A stretch of 64,000 nt of DNA, taken from Escherichia phage vB_Eco_mar004NP2. The notes below the pieces were generated by a model that searched no databases, was not told where the DNA came from, and saw nothing but the letters and a program-made list of their open reading frames with translations. The stretch is from sequence record OR896837.1; one strand, written 5' to 3'. This document shows positions 50,472 through 60,314 of the stretch, in pieces. Position numbers and translations under genes: made by a program. How positions within the stretch are numbered: the first letter of the stretch is position 1; each line of letters starts with the position of its first letter.

Positions 50472-52229
50472 TTAGGTAAGGCGTTGAACTGTTACTCTTA
50501 ATCTCGGTAGGAAAACTGCACTACCTAAACTTACGTGCATAACTACCCCTAACTCTACATTTCCATTCCCCAGATTTTTAGCAGTATATATAAAACTATT
50601 TCTACTTAGGGCATTGTTAGGTGTGTACCTAAAAGCAGATGTAGTATGAAAAGGTACTAAATACCCTACTGGTAATGTTAAAATCTGGTGGAATATTGCA
50701 TCTCCATTACTATAGCTATATGCTCTTCTTCCTTGCACTTGAAACACACCGTTATTCCATGTATTAGCAGGAACACCTGCACAGTTAAGGTTACCTGATA
50801 TAACTTCAGTGGTAAGAATTACTGTAGCATTGCCACCCGGTATACCTAGCCCAATAGTTGATAAACCAACGTATCTATCCCCTGTTCCCGGGTAGCTGGG
50901 AGTAATATCATCCCCCATGTAAGAGCTACCTACATTTCCACCAAAAAGTCGTAATGGAACTGCTGATGGTCCCCAAACAACCCCGTGTTCATTACCGATA
51001 GTATTATCCCTAGAGTTTACATACCATTGCTTACCCGCTCCGAATTTGTAAATGCTAATTTGGGATTTAGCTCCACCATAGTCTACAGGAGACCATAATC
51101 CTCCATTACTAGACCCTACAAGTTCACACCTTGCCGTGGTATCCCCAAAAACCCCGGTATACGCTGCGTTATTTCCTATATACTCCATATCAGGACGGTA
51201 ACCTAGGTTACCAAAAGCATTCTGATTTATAAATTTATACCCGGTATTAGGGAGACTTACCCCTTTAATTATGAAATTAGAAGGAGATATAAGAATATCA
51301 GAACCAGTAAAGGGGTTGCCTGAAATACTCATTCCACCATTAGAGTACCTTAAATTAAGAACATACCAAATAACCTTAGTAGGGGTTATATTATACCAAT
51401 CCTGTAGTATTGTAGAGTCACCCGACTGGTTAGCTAAATTAGTAGTAGATCCCCTACAAACAAATCTGTTCCCACCGTCGTGGTACATAGTATTTACATT
51501 ACCTGGGAGCCCTTGTCTAACCCCACCGTATCCACGTATATTAGAGTTGCAAACATAAAACCAATCATGCCCTCTATGTGCTGCTCCTAGAGGCGACATC
51601 CATCCAGGATCCCAATAGTACGGGTTATTCCCATCTACAGGTACTGTGCTACTATTAGTAGGAAAACCTAATTGTGCAAAGGCTTCTGCAACAGTAACAC
51701 CTACAGGAGCTCCCGCACCAGGCCTAACTATCCCATGGTAGGTACTATGTAACGTAGTACCACCTGTACCACTCCTAGAGATAGATTCTTCGTGCCATAT
51801 CGATGGGTTATAATTATAAGTTCCAGATGCTAGACTATTACCAAATGCAAATCCACTGGTTTGAGAAACACTAGCAAAAGATCTAAAGGGGTCTGCTTGA
51901 GTGGCAACTATAGTTTGACCAACTTTACTCTGAGTACCATTAAGAAAAGCTCTGTGAGTACCATTAATCTCAATAGCAGTTAGTATAACTCTACCAGGAT
52001 CATTAGATTTAATATTTACTATATCAGGAGGCATCTGACATACGAAAAACCCATTCCCGGCATCACCTAATCCTGCCTCATAAGTACCCTCAACTAGAAC
52101 AAATGGCATATCACTATGAAAAATACTATTATTACTTGGACTATAGTGACGATTAATGTCACCCCCAGATTCAGTATTTAAAGATAGTACGGTCTTACCA
52201 TCGCTATACTTTCCAGCGAAAAAACCCAT
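50472..52229 (-). CDS. receptor-binding tail protein (pb5/Oad-like)
   Basis: 585-aa Gly/Asn/Thr-rich beta protein, divergent from the lipoprotein gene as in T5 oad-llp. Confidence 0.5.
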
Positions 52230-52254
52230 ATAATCTCCTATTATAAAAATGTAT

Positions 52255-52283
52255 TTGCTTTCATCCCTCTATTTTGCTATAAT
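52255..52283 (+). promoter_or_regulatory. sigma70-like promoter for the lipoprotein gene
   Basis: TTGCTT-17 nt-TATAAT followed by AAATTCATAAATTAGAAATGGAGAG. Confidence 0.55.
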
Positions 52284-52314
52284 AAATTCATAAATTAGAA
52301 ATGGAGAGATAAAT

Positions 52315-52581
52315 ATGAAAAAGTTTGTAATTGCACTAGTTGCCACAGTTATATTATCTGGTTGTGTACCTGCTCCCAAACCATTTTGTACGGGATTTGT
52401 AAAATCTTTTGGTGGTGCGGGAGAAGAATATTACGGTCTCAAGGTTCAAAAAGTTCGTATTAAGGGAGATCGCTTTCCAGTAGTACAGCTCCGTACTAAA
52501 TTTGGGTGGTGGGATCTCAGTCAGTTTGACCTTAAATATGGTGATTGTAAATTTAAACTAGAGCAATCTAATTACCTGTAA
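52315..52581 (+). CDS. llp: lytic-conversion lipoprotein (Llp-like), predicted receptor blocker
   Basis: Signal peptide with lipobox: MKKFVIALVATVILSGC; 88 aa; divergent from the receptor-binding protein gene. Confidence 0.6.
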   Translation: MKKFVIALVATVILSGCVPAPKPFCTGFVKSFGGAGEEYYGLKVQKVRIKGDRFPVVQLRTKFGWWDLSQFDLKYGDCKFKLEQSNYL

Positions 52582-52748
52582 TTAGTATAAAACAAAAAGA
52601 CATCCAAGTAAACTAAATTTTTTATTTCTTGGATGGTATATTGGCAGAAACCACTATGTAAGAAAAGTAGAAGTCCTTCTAGGAGTCCACAAGCACGGTT
52701 GGTTATGCACATATTTTAAAATATCACATTTATGGGAGCACGAAAGAT

Positions 52749-52877
52749 ATGTCAAACAAAAGAAATAATAGACGCGGAGAGGTGTATGAGAGTTGGATAA
52801 ATAGTTTTGGGTTCGGAACTCTCCTATTCTTTATTTTCGTAGGTTTTTGGTTAGCAGCTATGGCGGGGTGGATTTAA
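52749..52877 (+). CDS. small membrane protein (42 aa)
   Basis: ORF below the track cutoff, translated by hand: MSNKRNNRRGEVYESWINSFGFGTLLFFIFVGFWLAAMAGWI; one predicted TM helix. Confidence 0.3.
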   Translation: MSNKRNNRRGEVYESWINSFGFGTLLFFIFVGFWLAAMAGWI

Positions 52878-52984
52878 TGGAATGGGTAATTATTGCACTA
52901 TTAGGGATTGTGATTATTGGGCAATGTATTTTAGATAATCACTTAGCTAGAATTGAAACTTTATTGCTGGAGAAACGTAAATGA
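52877..52984 (+). CDS. small membrane protein (35 aa)
   Basis: Hand-translated MEWVIIALLGIVIIGQCILDNHLARIETLLLEKRK; start overlaps the previous stop (TAATG). Confidence 0.3.
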   Translation: MEWVIIALLGIVIIGQCILDNHLARIETLLLEKRK

Positions 52985-53175
52985 TGGAAGTGGCAGCTAC
53001 ATTAATAGTAATATTAATCTGGGCAATTTTCATTGTTTCTTATACCGCGTATGTTCGCCTAAAAACTCTAGAGGCCCAGGTAAAGCAGCAACAATTTGCA
53101 CTAGAAAAATTAGTAGAGCTTCAACGCTGTGATAGTACCCGTATTCTGCAAATTGAGAGGGAATTAGATGTTTAG
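52981..53175 (+). CDS. small membrane protein (64 aa)
   Basis: N-terminal TM helix (AATLIVILIWAIFIVSY) then coiled-coil-like tail; ATGA overlap with the previous ORF. Confidence 0.4.
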   Translation: MMEVAATLIVILIWAIFIVSYTAYVRLKTLEAQVKQQQFALEKLVELQRCDSTRILQIERELDV

Positions 53176-53413
53176 TATTGTAATTGCTTTTATTATCGGG
53201 ATACTCGCGGGAGTTTTCGGGACGACTGCGGCAATCAATAAGCATCGTAAATATATTGCGGGAGTGACGCGGGAGATTGCGGAAAGGGAGCGGAAGTTTG
53301 ACGAGAAACGTGCGGAGTTTGAGCGGGAGTGGTCGGATGGATCTCGGGCGTCGCGGAAGAGATTCCGTGAGTTCAGACCAGAATACAGGTTTGATGACCC
53401 TTCTATGCGCTAA
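53168..53413 (+). CDS. small membrane protein (81 aa)
   Basis: N-terminal TM helix (IVIAFIIGILAGVFG), highly charged C-terminus; 3' end lies in the 76-bp tandem repeat. Confidence 0.4.
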   Translation: MFSIVIAFIIGILAGVFGTTAAINKHRKYIAGVTREIAERERKFDEKRAEFEREWSDGSRASRKRFREFRPEYRFDDPSMR

Positions 53414-53519
53414 TTTGACTTTTGCCAATTTCTTTGGATTACGTGAGTTCAGACCAGAATACAGGTTTGATGACCCTTCTATGCGCTAATTTGACTTTTG
53501 CCAATTTCTTTGGATTACG
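53368..53519. repeat. 76-bp tandem direct duplication (2 copies)
   Basis: GTGAGTTCAGACCAGAATACAGGTTTGATGACCCTTCTATGCGCTAATTTGACTTTTGCCAATTTCTTTGGATTAC occurs at 53368-53443 and again at 53444-53519. Confidence 0.9.
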
Positions 53520-53641
53520 TACGCGTGGGTGTGTCCAGTGGCCCCCCAGATGAGAATGAGTCTCATTACCGCCCGGTACTTAGCAGGCTAATAGTCACGG
53601 CATGGTATCATTACACACCGTGACTATTTCAACTTTAATTG

Positions 53642-54376
53642 TTAGGCAACTTTTAATTTCTCAATATATTGTTGAGGACTGCAACTATATTCTGCGCGTT
53701 CTTCCTCGGTCATACCTTCCCAGCATAATTTTAAACGGTCAGCTAGGAATTGATAATCATTATCATCGTCGAGAGATTCATCAATAAAGGTTTCACCTAT
53801 CAATGCCACGCCGATTGATAGAATATCATTAACGGCTTGTGCGTCCAGCGTTTTAAATCCGTATGACGCTGCCGCTGATAGCACGCCTTTATGATCATCA
53901 ATCATTGTAAAATCAGCGTTAGGATATAACTGTTTAAATAATTCAAAATAATAAGATTTATATACTGCGTCTTTGCTGTGGTATATTTCGCTAACCTTAT
54001 CAGCTTTAAAATATTTGTGTAGTGTATCGCGGGAAAATACGCGGATATTACTATTACCACGACCGCGCAACCCTTGTTTACGCAAGAAATAATAGTCCGA
54101 CTTACTCATCAGTCGAGCGGTGCAAATAATGTTTAAAGTATTTGCGTCATTCATGCACTGGCGCATATATTCAACCAATGGCAATAAAGTATCTTGCATT
54201 ATTAAATGGTGTTTACACGCTTCATTTTTATACTTATTTAAATCTAAATTGCCCTCGCTATCAAAGCAGGGTGCTATACGATGGAAAGAATTAATGATAG
54301 TGCCGTCTAAATCCCAAATCATGACGCGGGAAATATGCGGGAAGCTGCGGGAAAGATTCATGATAGCTTTATTCAT
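53642..54376 (-). CDS. dmp: HAD-family 5'-deoxyribonucleotidase (Dmp-like pre-early protein)
   Basis: HAD motif I IWDLDGTII; 244 aa; next to the A1-like gene. Confidence 0.65.
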   Translation of the reverse strand: MNKAIMNLSRSFPHISRVMIWDLDGTIINSFHRIAPCFDSEGNLDLNKYKNEACKHHLIMQDTLLPLVEYMRQCMNDANTLNIICTARLMSKSDYYFLRKQGLRGRGNSNIRVFSRDTLHKYFKADKVSEIYHSKDAVYKSYYFELFKQLYPNADFTMIDDHKGVLSAAASYGFKTLDAQAVNDILSIGVALIGETFIDESLDDDNDYQFLADRLKLCWEGMTEEERAEYSCSPQQYIEKLKVA

Positions 54377-54455
54377 TTGTTACGTTCTCCATTTAAGGGA
54401 TTAGATTAATTCAGCATTACCCGCTATTTATAAGCGGGTAATAATAAATTAACTA

Positions 54456-54848
54456 TTAAAGACCATAAGCCAACGCATCGGCGATAAAACTAACATCCTC
54501 ACCTGATACATGGGAACGAATCCCCGCACAAGTATATACTTTTGCAGAAATCAATTGATCATCAAGGCAAGCGGGGCAAGGCGCGACAACTGCAAAGGCT
54601 AGACCGGATTTTACTGCGTCGATGATAATCGTTTCTTGTTTCGCCGTGTCAACATAAACGCCTTTTGCTTTAATATGGCTAGTTAGTTTGCCTTGCATAT
54701 ATGCAAATGTTGTAACCTGCAAAGCGTCATTGAAATCTAGCAATTCATCAATAACGTGCCCCGCCTCGACGTGGTAACGCTCACCATTAGAATAAACCAG
54801 AACAATTGAGGATTGAGCGCGGTCAAATGGAATATTTTGCTTTTTCAT
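54456..54848 (-). CDS. hypothetical pre-early protein
   Basis: 130 aa; GC-richer codon usage than the late genes. Confidence 0.45.
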   Translation of the reverse strand: MKKQNIPFDRAQSSIVLVYSNGERYHVEAGHVIDELLDFNDALQVTTFAYMQGKLTSHIKAKGVYVDTAKQETIIIDAVKSGLAFAVVAPCPACLDDQLISAKVYTCAGIRSHVSGEDVSFIADALAYGL

Positions 54849-54886
54849 GTTTATAAAACTCCAATTAGTTTAATAATGGATTTAAT

Positions 54887-55144
54887 TTATTTGATAATAA
54901 TCTGCATCTGGTACGGTGTTAATTCACCGTTTACGGGTAAATTATTATCGCTTAGCCACTCATAAAAAGCACCATCATCGTCAAAGGGTACAATATCATT
55001 ATCACTATAATCGACCGTAATAATCCCATCAGTATTAGTTTTGGCGGCTAGAATAGGCCCGAAGCTGTAAACTTTATCGGATTCCATTTCATCCGGTGAA
55101 ATAAATGCTTTTTCGTCTAGCGTTTTGGGTAATGTAACTTTCAT
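54887..55144 (-). CDS. hypothetical protein
   Basis: 85-aa acidic protein. Confidence 0.4.
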   Translation of the reverse strand: MKVTLPKTLDEKAFISPDEMESDKVYSFGPILAAKTNTDGIITVDYSDNDIVPFDDDGAFYEWLSDNNLPVNGELTPYQMQIIIK

Positions 55145-55200
55145 TCTAATTTAGCTCCTGTAATAGCGGCTATATTTCAAGCCGCTAGGGGATTAATTAT

Positions 55201-56865
55201 TTACGCAAAGAATTTACCGTTTTTAAAGTCAATCAAAGTGCGCTGACCGTTTGCATAGGTAATTAAATGCGTTTGCGTCCAGCTTGACGCGCCAACGTTG
55301 TAACCCATGTCCAGACTACCAGCTACGCCAGCGGTATACACGCCGCCATAAATGCTGGCGGTGTGAGTGTGTCCGGTGTTTAATTTGCCCAATTTCTTAA
55401 ATTGTTTAGGATTGCCACGGCTGCCGTTAATGCCGTTGTGACCGTGTACGCCGCATTCAATGCCTACAATCTTGAAAGATTGGTCAGTAGTTAGAAAAAT
55501 GGCGTTAAACTCACAACCTGCAACCTTGCGCAGCGCATAATCTAGCACGTTGAAAGTATCGTCTTTTTCTGCAATAGCTCCATAAATCGCGGCATTTAGG
55601 CGGTGATATAGTTCCGCGTTTGCTGGATCGTCTTTAATGTTAGCATTACGATCATCAAGCCAACGGGATAGCGCCAAATCGTGATTAGATTCAACAATGA
55701 TTGTTTGCGAGAAATCACGTTCCATTGATTCCAGCACGCGCCCCGTATCGATAAGATCATCTAATACCTTATCACGTCCGGCGGCGTATTGTTTTGCTAG
55801 GAATACACCGGATGCGCGGTTGTGATGGTTGCGTGATGTAAAATCATGCACGTCATGGATAAACTGATATTTAGGCTTGAGAATATCAAGCAAGCTATTT
55901 TCGCCAGCCCATGACGCAACGGCACAATCATCATCTAGTTTTTCTGCGTGAATATCGCCGTATTGCAAGCCTAAAACATGCCCCGATGTCTCATAGCATC
56001 CGGCAGGAGTAGCGCACACATTCAGATCATAAAATACCCCGCTTTCGTCCATCGTTTCGAGCTGGCGTACAAAAAATTCCCCGTCCTCGTCGAACTCGAC
56101 AATTAGCGCACCGAAGTTATGCAGCGCCTCGGCCTTTTGTCCTGCTTTCTGCTGAATGTAGTTTTTGAGCGTTGCCGTTCCGGTTGAGTACATACGGCGC
56201 ACTACTTCACCTTTTAAAGCTGGCACGCTTTCAGCGGTAATTTTAGCGTGACCAATTGCCAGACCTTCCAGATTAAGCGCCGTTGCAGTTTCAGCGAATC
56301 CAGAAAGCGGATAATCTGCGGTTGGCAAAACGTTAATTTCAGCCATGAAAGCAAAACGGCGGTTATTTAAAAACACGTTTTTATTGCAGATATATTTGTC
56401 AAATGCGGAATCATATTTTATTCCTTCTGCACCCTCGCCATTTTGAAAACCGTTTTTGTTATAAATAAACTTGCTAACCAGCAAATCAGCGCCGATATAT
56501 TTAGCAAATTGCTCCAATGAGGCTAAAAAGTTTTTATGCGGGAAAGTATTATTCTGAATCGACGTAATAATAAAGCGTTTACCCTGCTTTACTTCCCATT
56601 GCTCAACCGTGCTAGAAACAATCCCCGCCGCTTCTGGACGCTCATCGTTTTTAATGGCTTTTGCTACTTTCGCCGCTTTCGGTTTAGCTGGTTTATTTGC
56701 TTCCAACCAGTCGCAGATAGCGGTCGAGTGTTTTGTTGTATCGTAGACCGCTTTTGATATATCGTCGCAGACCTCCAGTTTAGTAGCGCGCAGACGTTTA
56801 CCATAGAAATTAAAGTCAGCGGCCATTTTCAGGATAACGGTTTGTTTTTCTGTGGAAATAATCAT
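55201..56865 (-). CDS. A1: A1-like pre-early metallophosphatase/nuclease
   Basis: 554 aa with calcineurin-like motifs (GDIHAE, ESNHD, GVHGHNG, GHTHT); size close to T5 A1 (about 556 aa as I recall). Confidence 0.65.
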   Translation of the reverse strand: MIISTEKQTVILKMAADFNFYGKRLRATKLEVCDDISKAVYDTTKHSTAICDWLEANKPAKPKAAKVAKAIKNDERPEAAGIVSSTVEQWEVKQGKRFIITSIQNNTFPHKNFLASLEQFAKYIGADLLVSKFIYNKNGFQNGEGAEGIKYDSAFDKYICNKNVFLNNRRFAFMAEINVLPTADYPLSGFAETATALNLEGLAIGHAKITAESVPALKGEVVRRMYSTGTATLKNYIQQKAGQKAEALHNFGALIVEFDEDGEFFVRQLETMDESGVFYDLNVCATPAGCYETSGHVLGLQYGDIHAEKLDDDCAVASWAGENSLLDILKPKYQFIHDVHDFTSRNHHNRASGVFLAKQYAAGRDKVLDDLIDTGRVLESMERDFSQTIIVESNHDLALSRWLDDRNANIKDDPANAELYHRLNAAIYGAIAEKDDTFNVLDYALRKVAGCEFNAIFLTTDQSFKIVGIECGVHGHNGINGSRGNPKQFKKLGKLNTGHTHTASIYGGVYTAGVAGSLDMGYNVGASSWTQTHLITYANGQRTLIDFKNGKFFA

Positions 56866-56962
56866 ATTAATAAAACTCCATTAAAGGGATTAAAAAACGT
56901 TTGTTATTGGCAAATATTGCCAAATATAACGCCTTGAATAATAGGCGTTATAATTTGCAACA

Positions 56963-57160
56963 TTAATTTAAAGGCATAAGGCTAGAACTAACACCACAAG
57001 CAATGGCGGCAATAAAACAAATCAGACCTAAACGCTTTGCCAATTTAGACTTACGTTTAAAATAATATGAGTCTAAATCATTTTGAAAATAAGCGAATAA
57101 TAACGAGGCCGCCATAATAAATAAGCCTAGAATTAACGATTCAGTGGGGTAAAAGATCAT
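56963..57160 (-). CDS. small membrane protein
   Basis: 65 aa with two hydrophobic helices. Confidence 0.4.
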   Translation of the reverse strand: MIFYPTESLILGLFIMAASLLFAYFQNDLDSYYFKRKSKLAKRLGLICFIAAIACGVSSSLMPLN

Positions 57161-57216
57161 TTTAAAACTCCAGTCAAAGAGAAATTATAGTGGGGAATAT
57201 TCCCCGCTAATTAAAT

Positions 57217-57624
57217 TTATTCACCTGCGGCCTGTTTTACTTCATCGGCAACGCCTAACAGTTGCGCTACGGCGTCCAGCGTTTCAAGTTTTGCACTTTC
57301 CAGACTTGCCAGACCGTCGGCGTCTTTAATAATGCCGGAATCAATAGCATGTTTAGCGATAACGCGTACATAGTGAGCTTTGCGGATTGAGCTACCGCCG
57401 CCAACTTTGCGAGGCTTATCGCTTTTCTGATACGCTTTTGCGCTGGTCAATTTTGATCGAACAGACACGGGAGAAGACGCGCCCACTGCTTTTGCAATCT
57501 CTTTTAAACCGTCGCTATTTGCGAAATCTAAACCGTTTTCATTAATTAACTGCTGGTACATAGAAACAGCTTTTTGAGTGTTTTCTTCATTCCAAGCAAA
57601 TTTTGCGGTTTTAACGTTAGTCAT
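57217..57624 (-). CDS. hypothetical pre-early protein (candidate A2-like by size and position, unverified)
   Basis: 135 aa, immediately upstream of the A1-like gene. Confidence 0.4.
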   Translation of the reverse strand: MTNVKTAKFAWNEENTQKAVSMYQQLINENGLDFANSDGLKEIAKAVGASSPVSVRSKLTSAKAYQKSDKPRKVGGGSSIRKAHYVRVIAKHAIDSGIIKDADGLASLESAKLETLDAVAQLLGVADEVKQAAGE

Positions 57625-57720
57625 GGTAAAAACTCCTATTAGTTTAATTTAAGGGATAAGATTAACATAATGTTAATCGTTATATCCCCCGAACTACTGG
57701 GGGATATAAAAGTAACACTA

Positions 57721-57972
57721 TTACGCTACAGCTTCCCATTTTTCGTTACGCTGTACAACCTTTACAACGTCGCCGGATTTAACGCGAACGCTAAAAACGG
57801 TTTTGCCGTTGTTACTACGTTCATTTTCAGCGTATACCGCGTCGATTGTATCAAACGGCATAAGCGCCGCACCTTTAATACGTTCGGCTTTTCCGGTTAG
57901 TTCATCCGTTTTAGTAACGAAAGGAATAAAAACGGATTGACCAATTTTAGGCGCGGTAATAACGTTTTGCAT
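57721..57972 (-). CDS. hypothetical protein
   Basis: 83-aa ORF with an RBS. Confidence 0.4.
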   Translation of the reverse strand: MQNVITAPKIGQSVFIPFVTKTDELTGKAERIKGAALMPFDTIDAVYAENERSNNGKTVFSVRVKSGDVVKVVQRNEKWEAVA

Positions 57973-58202
57973 AGTATAAACTCCAAGTTATTTAGGGGAT
58001 TGTTCCGCATTACCTGCTAGAAAGTAGCAGGTAATAAGCAACAATCCGCTCACCGCTATAATCAATTTAAGGAACTCCACGCAGGCTGCTATATCCCAGT
58101 TAGGGGGCAGGATGATTTATGGGGAATCACCTAACCGTCAAATTGTATCAAGTTATCGCTCTCATCGAACTGGGTACATCTTAAAGCCTATCGGCTAGGG
58201 TG

Positions 58203-58406
58203 TCAAACTGTTTTTTGCAGTTTTTTATGATTTTCTTTCAGGTCGATCATAATATTACGCCAGATCATTTCTAAACCCTGCTGGCGGCCTTTCTTGTACT
58301 GAGCAAATCGGTATTTTACGGATTGCTGGGCTATTGTCAACAATTTTTTAGTAGTACCATCTAATTTTTTAGCTGGTTTACCAGTGATCAATAAAGTTTG
58401 TTTCAT
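58203..58406 (-). CDS. hypothetical small basic protein
   Basis: 67 aa, Lys-rich. Confidence 0.35.
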   Translation of the reverse strand: MKQTLLITGKPAKKLDGTTKKLLTIAQQSVKYRFAQYKKGRQQGLEMIWRNIMIDLKENHKKLQKTV

Positions 58407-58863
58407 ATCTGCGATTCCTTATAATATAAGTTTACCGCCGATAGACTTTAAGATGTACCCAATTTTTAAAGAGCGCGGCGGTAAACTTCCCGCCGTGTAG
58501 TTCGTCATTGCCGCCCTACGAGATAAATAATAGCAAATAGTAAAAATGGCGCAACCTTATTTTTGTAAAGAAACGTAAAGACAAAATGCCACCGGACACC
58601 GTGCGGCGACCTGGGCGCGGCGCACTAAAATTAAAGGAAACGGGCGCGCGAATACCATAAAACCCAGCAGGTTGGCAAGTAATTTTTTCATTTATATTTG
58701 CCTTGCCCTACTTGACAAAAACTAAAAAGCTCGTGGTAGCGATAAACGAGGGTAGGCAATGCAATGGCATGGCTAAAAACTTCATCGCGTTATAGGGCGT
58801 TTTAGGCGCATTCTAGCCTTGTTGATAACTTATCCCCAAAAGCAAAAATGAAATTTTCCTAGT

Positions 58864-58895
58864 TATCCACTTGACTTTTATTTTCCAGTGGATAA
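58864..58895. promoter_or_regulatory. inverted pair of DnaA-box-like sites
   Basis: TTATCCACT (58864-58872) and AGTGGATAA (58887-58895) form a palindrome around TTGACTTTTATTTTCC. Confidence 0.4.
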
Positions 58896-59156
58896 CTACT
58901 TATTTTATGAAATAAATTAATTGACTTTTATTTGTTAGTATGCATCGGAAAGATAGCAGACTAATAGTTGCTAGGATGATAATCATGCTGGTGGATTGTA
59001 ATAGCCGGAACTGTTAGCAGACTATTAATCACGGAAAATCTCATTAGCCAACTAACTATTTCATGATATATAATATACTTATAAATTAATGAGAAATAAT
59101 AATTATAAGAAATCGTAACCGATAGAAATAATAACTATAAGAAACTATCGTCCTAA

Positions 59157-59286
59157 GTGAGAACCACTATCGTTTAAGTTATCCACAAGTTTATTAACAG
59201 CACAAAATGATTTGACACGATAGGCGACGATATAAGGACTTATCCACAGACTTATCCACATGTTATCCTACTGTATAAATATACAG
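59157..59286. repeat. left inverted repeat with three DnaA boxes
   Basis: TTATCCACA at 59179, 59240 and 59252; ends in palindrome CTGTATAAATATACAG; about 80% reverse-complement match to 62758-62884. Confidence 0.7.
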
Positions 59287-59552
59287 GGTAAAAAGGTAGT
59301 GTTAACAACTGCAATCAATTTTAGGCGGCCTAAAACGCTTTCTAACGAGCTAAATGCGGTGGGGTAATATTAAAGTGAAGCCTTCACCCGTCGCCCTGGT
59401 GGCTTCACCGTGTTTTGCTCTTTACTGTACCGCTGCGCGGTTAGCATAAAACTAGGCGCTAGGCAAGGAAAATAAAAAGGTAAAATAATATTTGCCTATG
59501 CTAGAAAATTGCCTTTATCATTCACTCACCGATTAACGAGGGAGGCCAACAA

Positions 59553-60314
59553 ATGAGGCTATATAAACCAGGTAACGCAACCGTCTTAAAAGGTGCGCTG
59601 CGTAACCTGCTGGACGGTAGCAGAACAACCAGCATTAAACATTTTATTAACAAGGCTGAAACTATTCACCAAAACTTTTTTGGTGATTTCGATGCCTATG
59701 ATATGAATAGTTTTCTACCGTTATATAAACAAGGGGCAACGCTTGTTTTATATAATCAAGATTATCAATTGCTCACTAGTCGAGGGCCGGATACTGATTT
59801 CATAATCGTAAAAGGTAGCACAGTAAAAGCCTATGATACTGGGGCAGGCTTAGAAGTTTTTTCAATAGAAAATTATGAAGCCAACCCCAATGATCTTTAT
59901 GATATTGAAAATTTTCTTGATTCATTTTGGCGTTATTTATCAGTTGGCTGGAATCGGTCGGATTGTGACGGGTATCGTTTCGCGGCTGTAATGGCCTTTG
60001 ATGATAACGGTAATTTTTTGTTACCGTCGGAAGTGTACCCTTATGTATATGAGGGGGATATTGAAAGCGCGGGCTTTTCTTTCTGGAAGGAGGAAGATCA
60101 GCCTATTGACAACACGGAAAAACATGCTGTAAATTCTAACACTCAAAGCGTTAACACTCAAACTACTGAAAACAAAGGAAATAATACCATGACCAAGATC
60201 GCTAATATCGTTGCCGCTAATAAATCCGCTGTTGTAAATGCTGCAAAACTGGAAGCTGGCAAAATTGCATTGACTCAAATCACGAAAGTAGCGGCTAAAA
60301 ACCGCCGTTTATGA
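59553..60314 (+). CDS. hypothetical pre-early protein
   Basis: 253 aa; RBS GAGGGAGG. Confidence 0.5.
   Translation: MRLYKPGNATVLKGALRNLLDGSRTTSIKHFINKAETIHQNFFGDFDAYDMNSFLPLYKQGATLVLYNQDYQLLTSRGPDTDFIIVKGSTVKAYDTGAGLEVFSIENYEANPNDLYDIENFLDSFWRYLSVGWNRSDCDGYRFAAVMAFDDNGNFLLPSEVYPYVYEGDIESAGFSFWKEEDQPIDNTEKHAVNSNTQSVNTQTTENKGNNTMTKIANIVAANKSAVVNAAKLEAGKIALTQITKVAAKNRRL

Noticed and set aside
52598-52636. Terminator after the lipoprotein gene (CATCCAAG...CTTGGATG)
   Set aside because: The 8-bp stem is separated by a 23-nt loop and is not followed by a T-run; too weak to call a rho-independent terminator.
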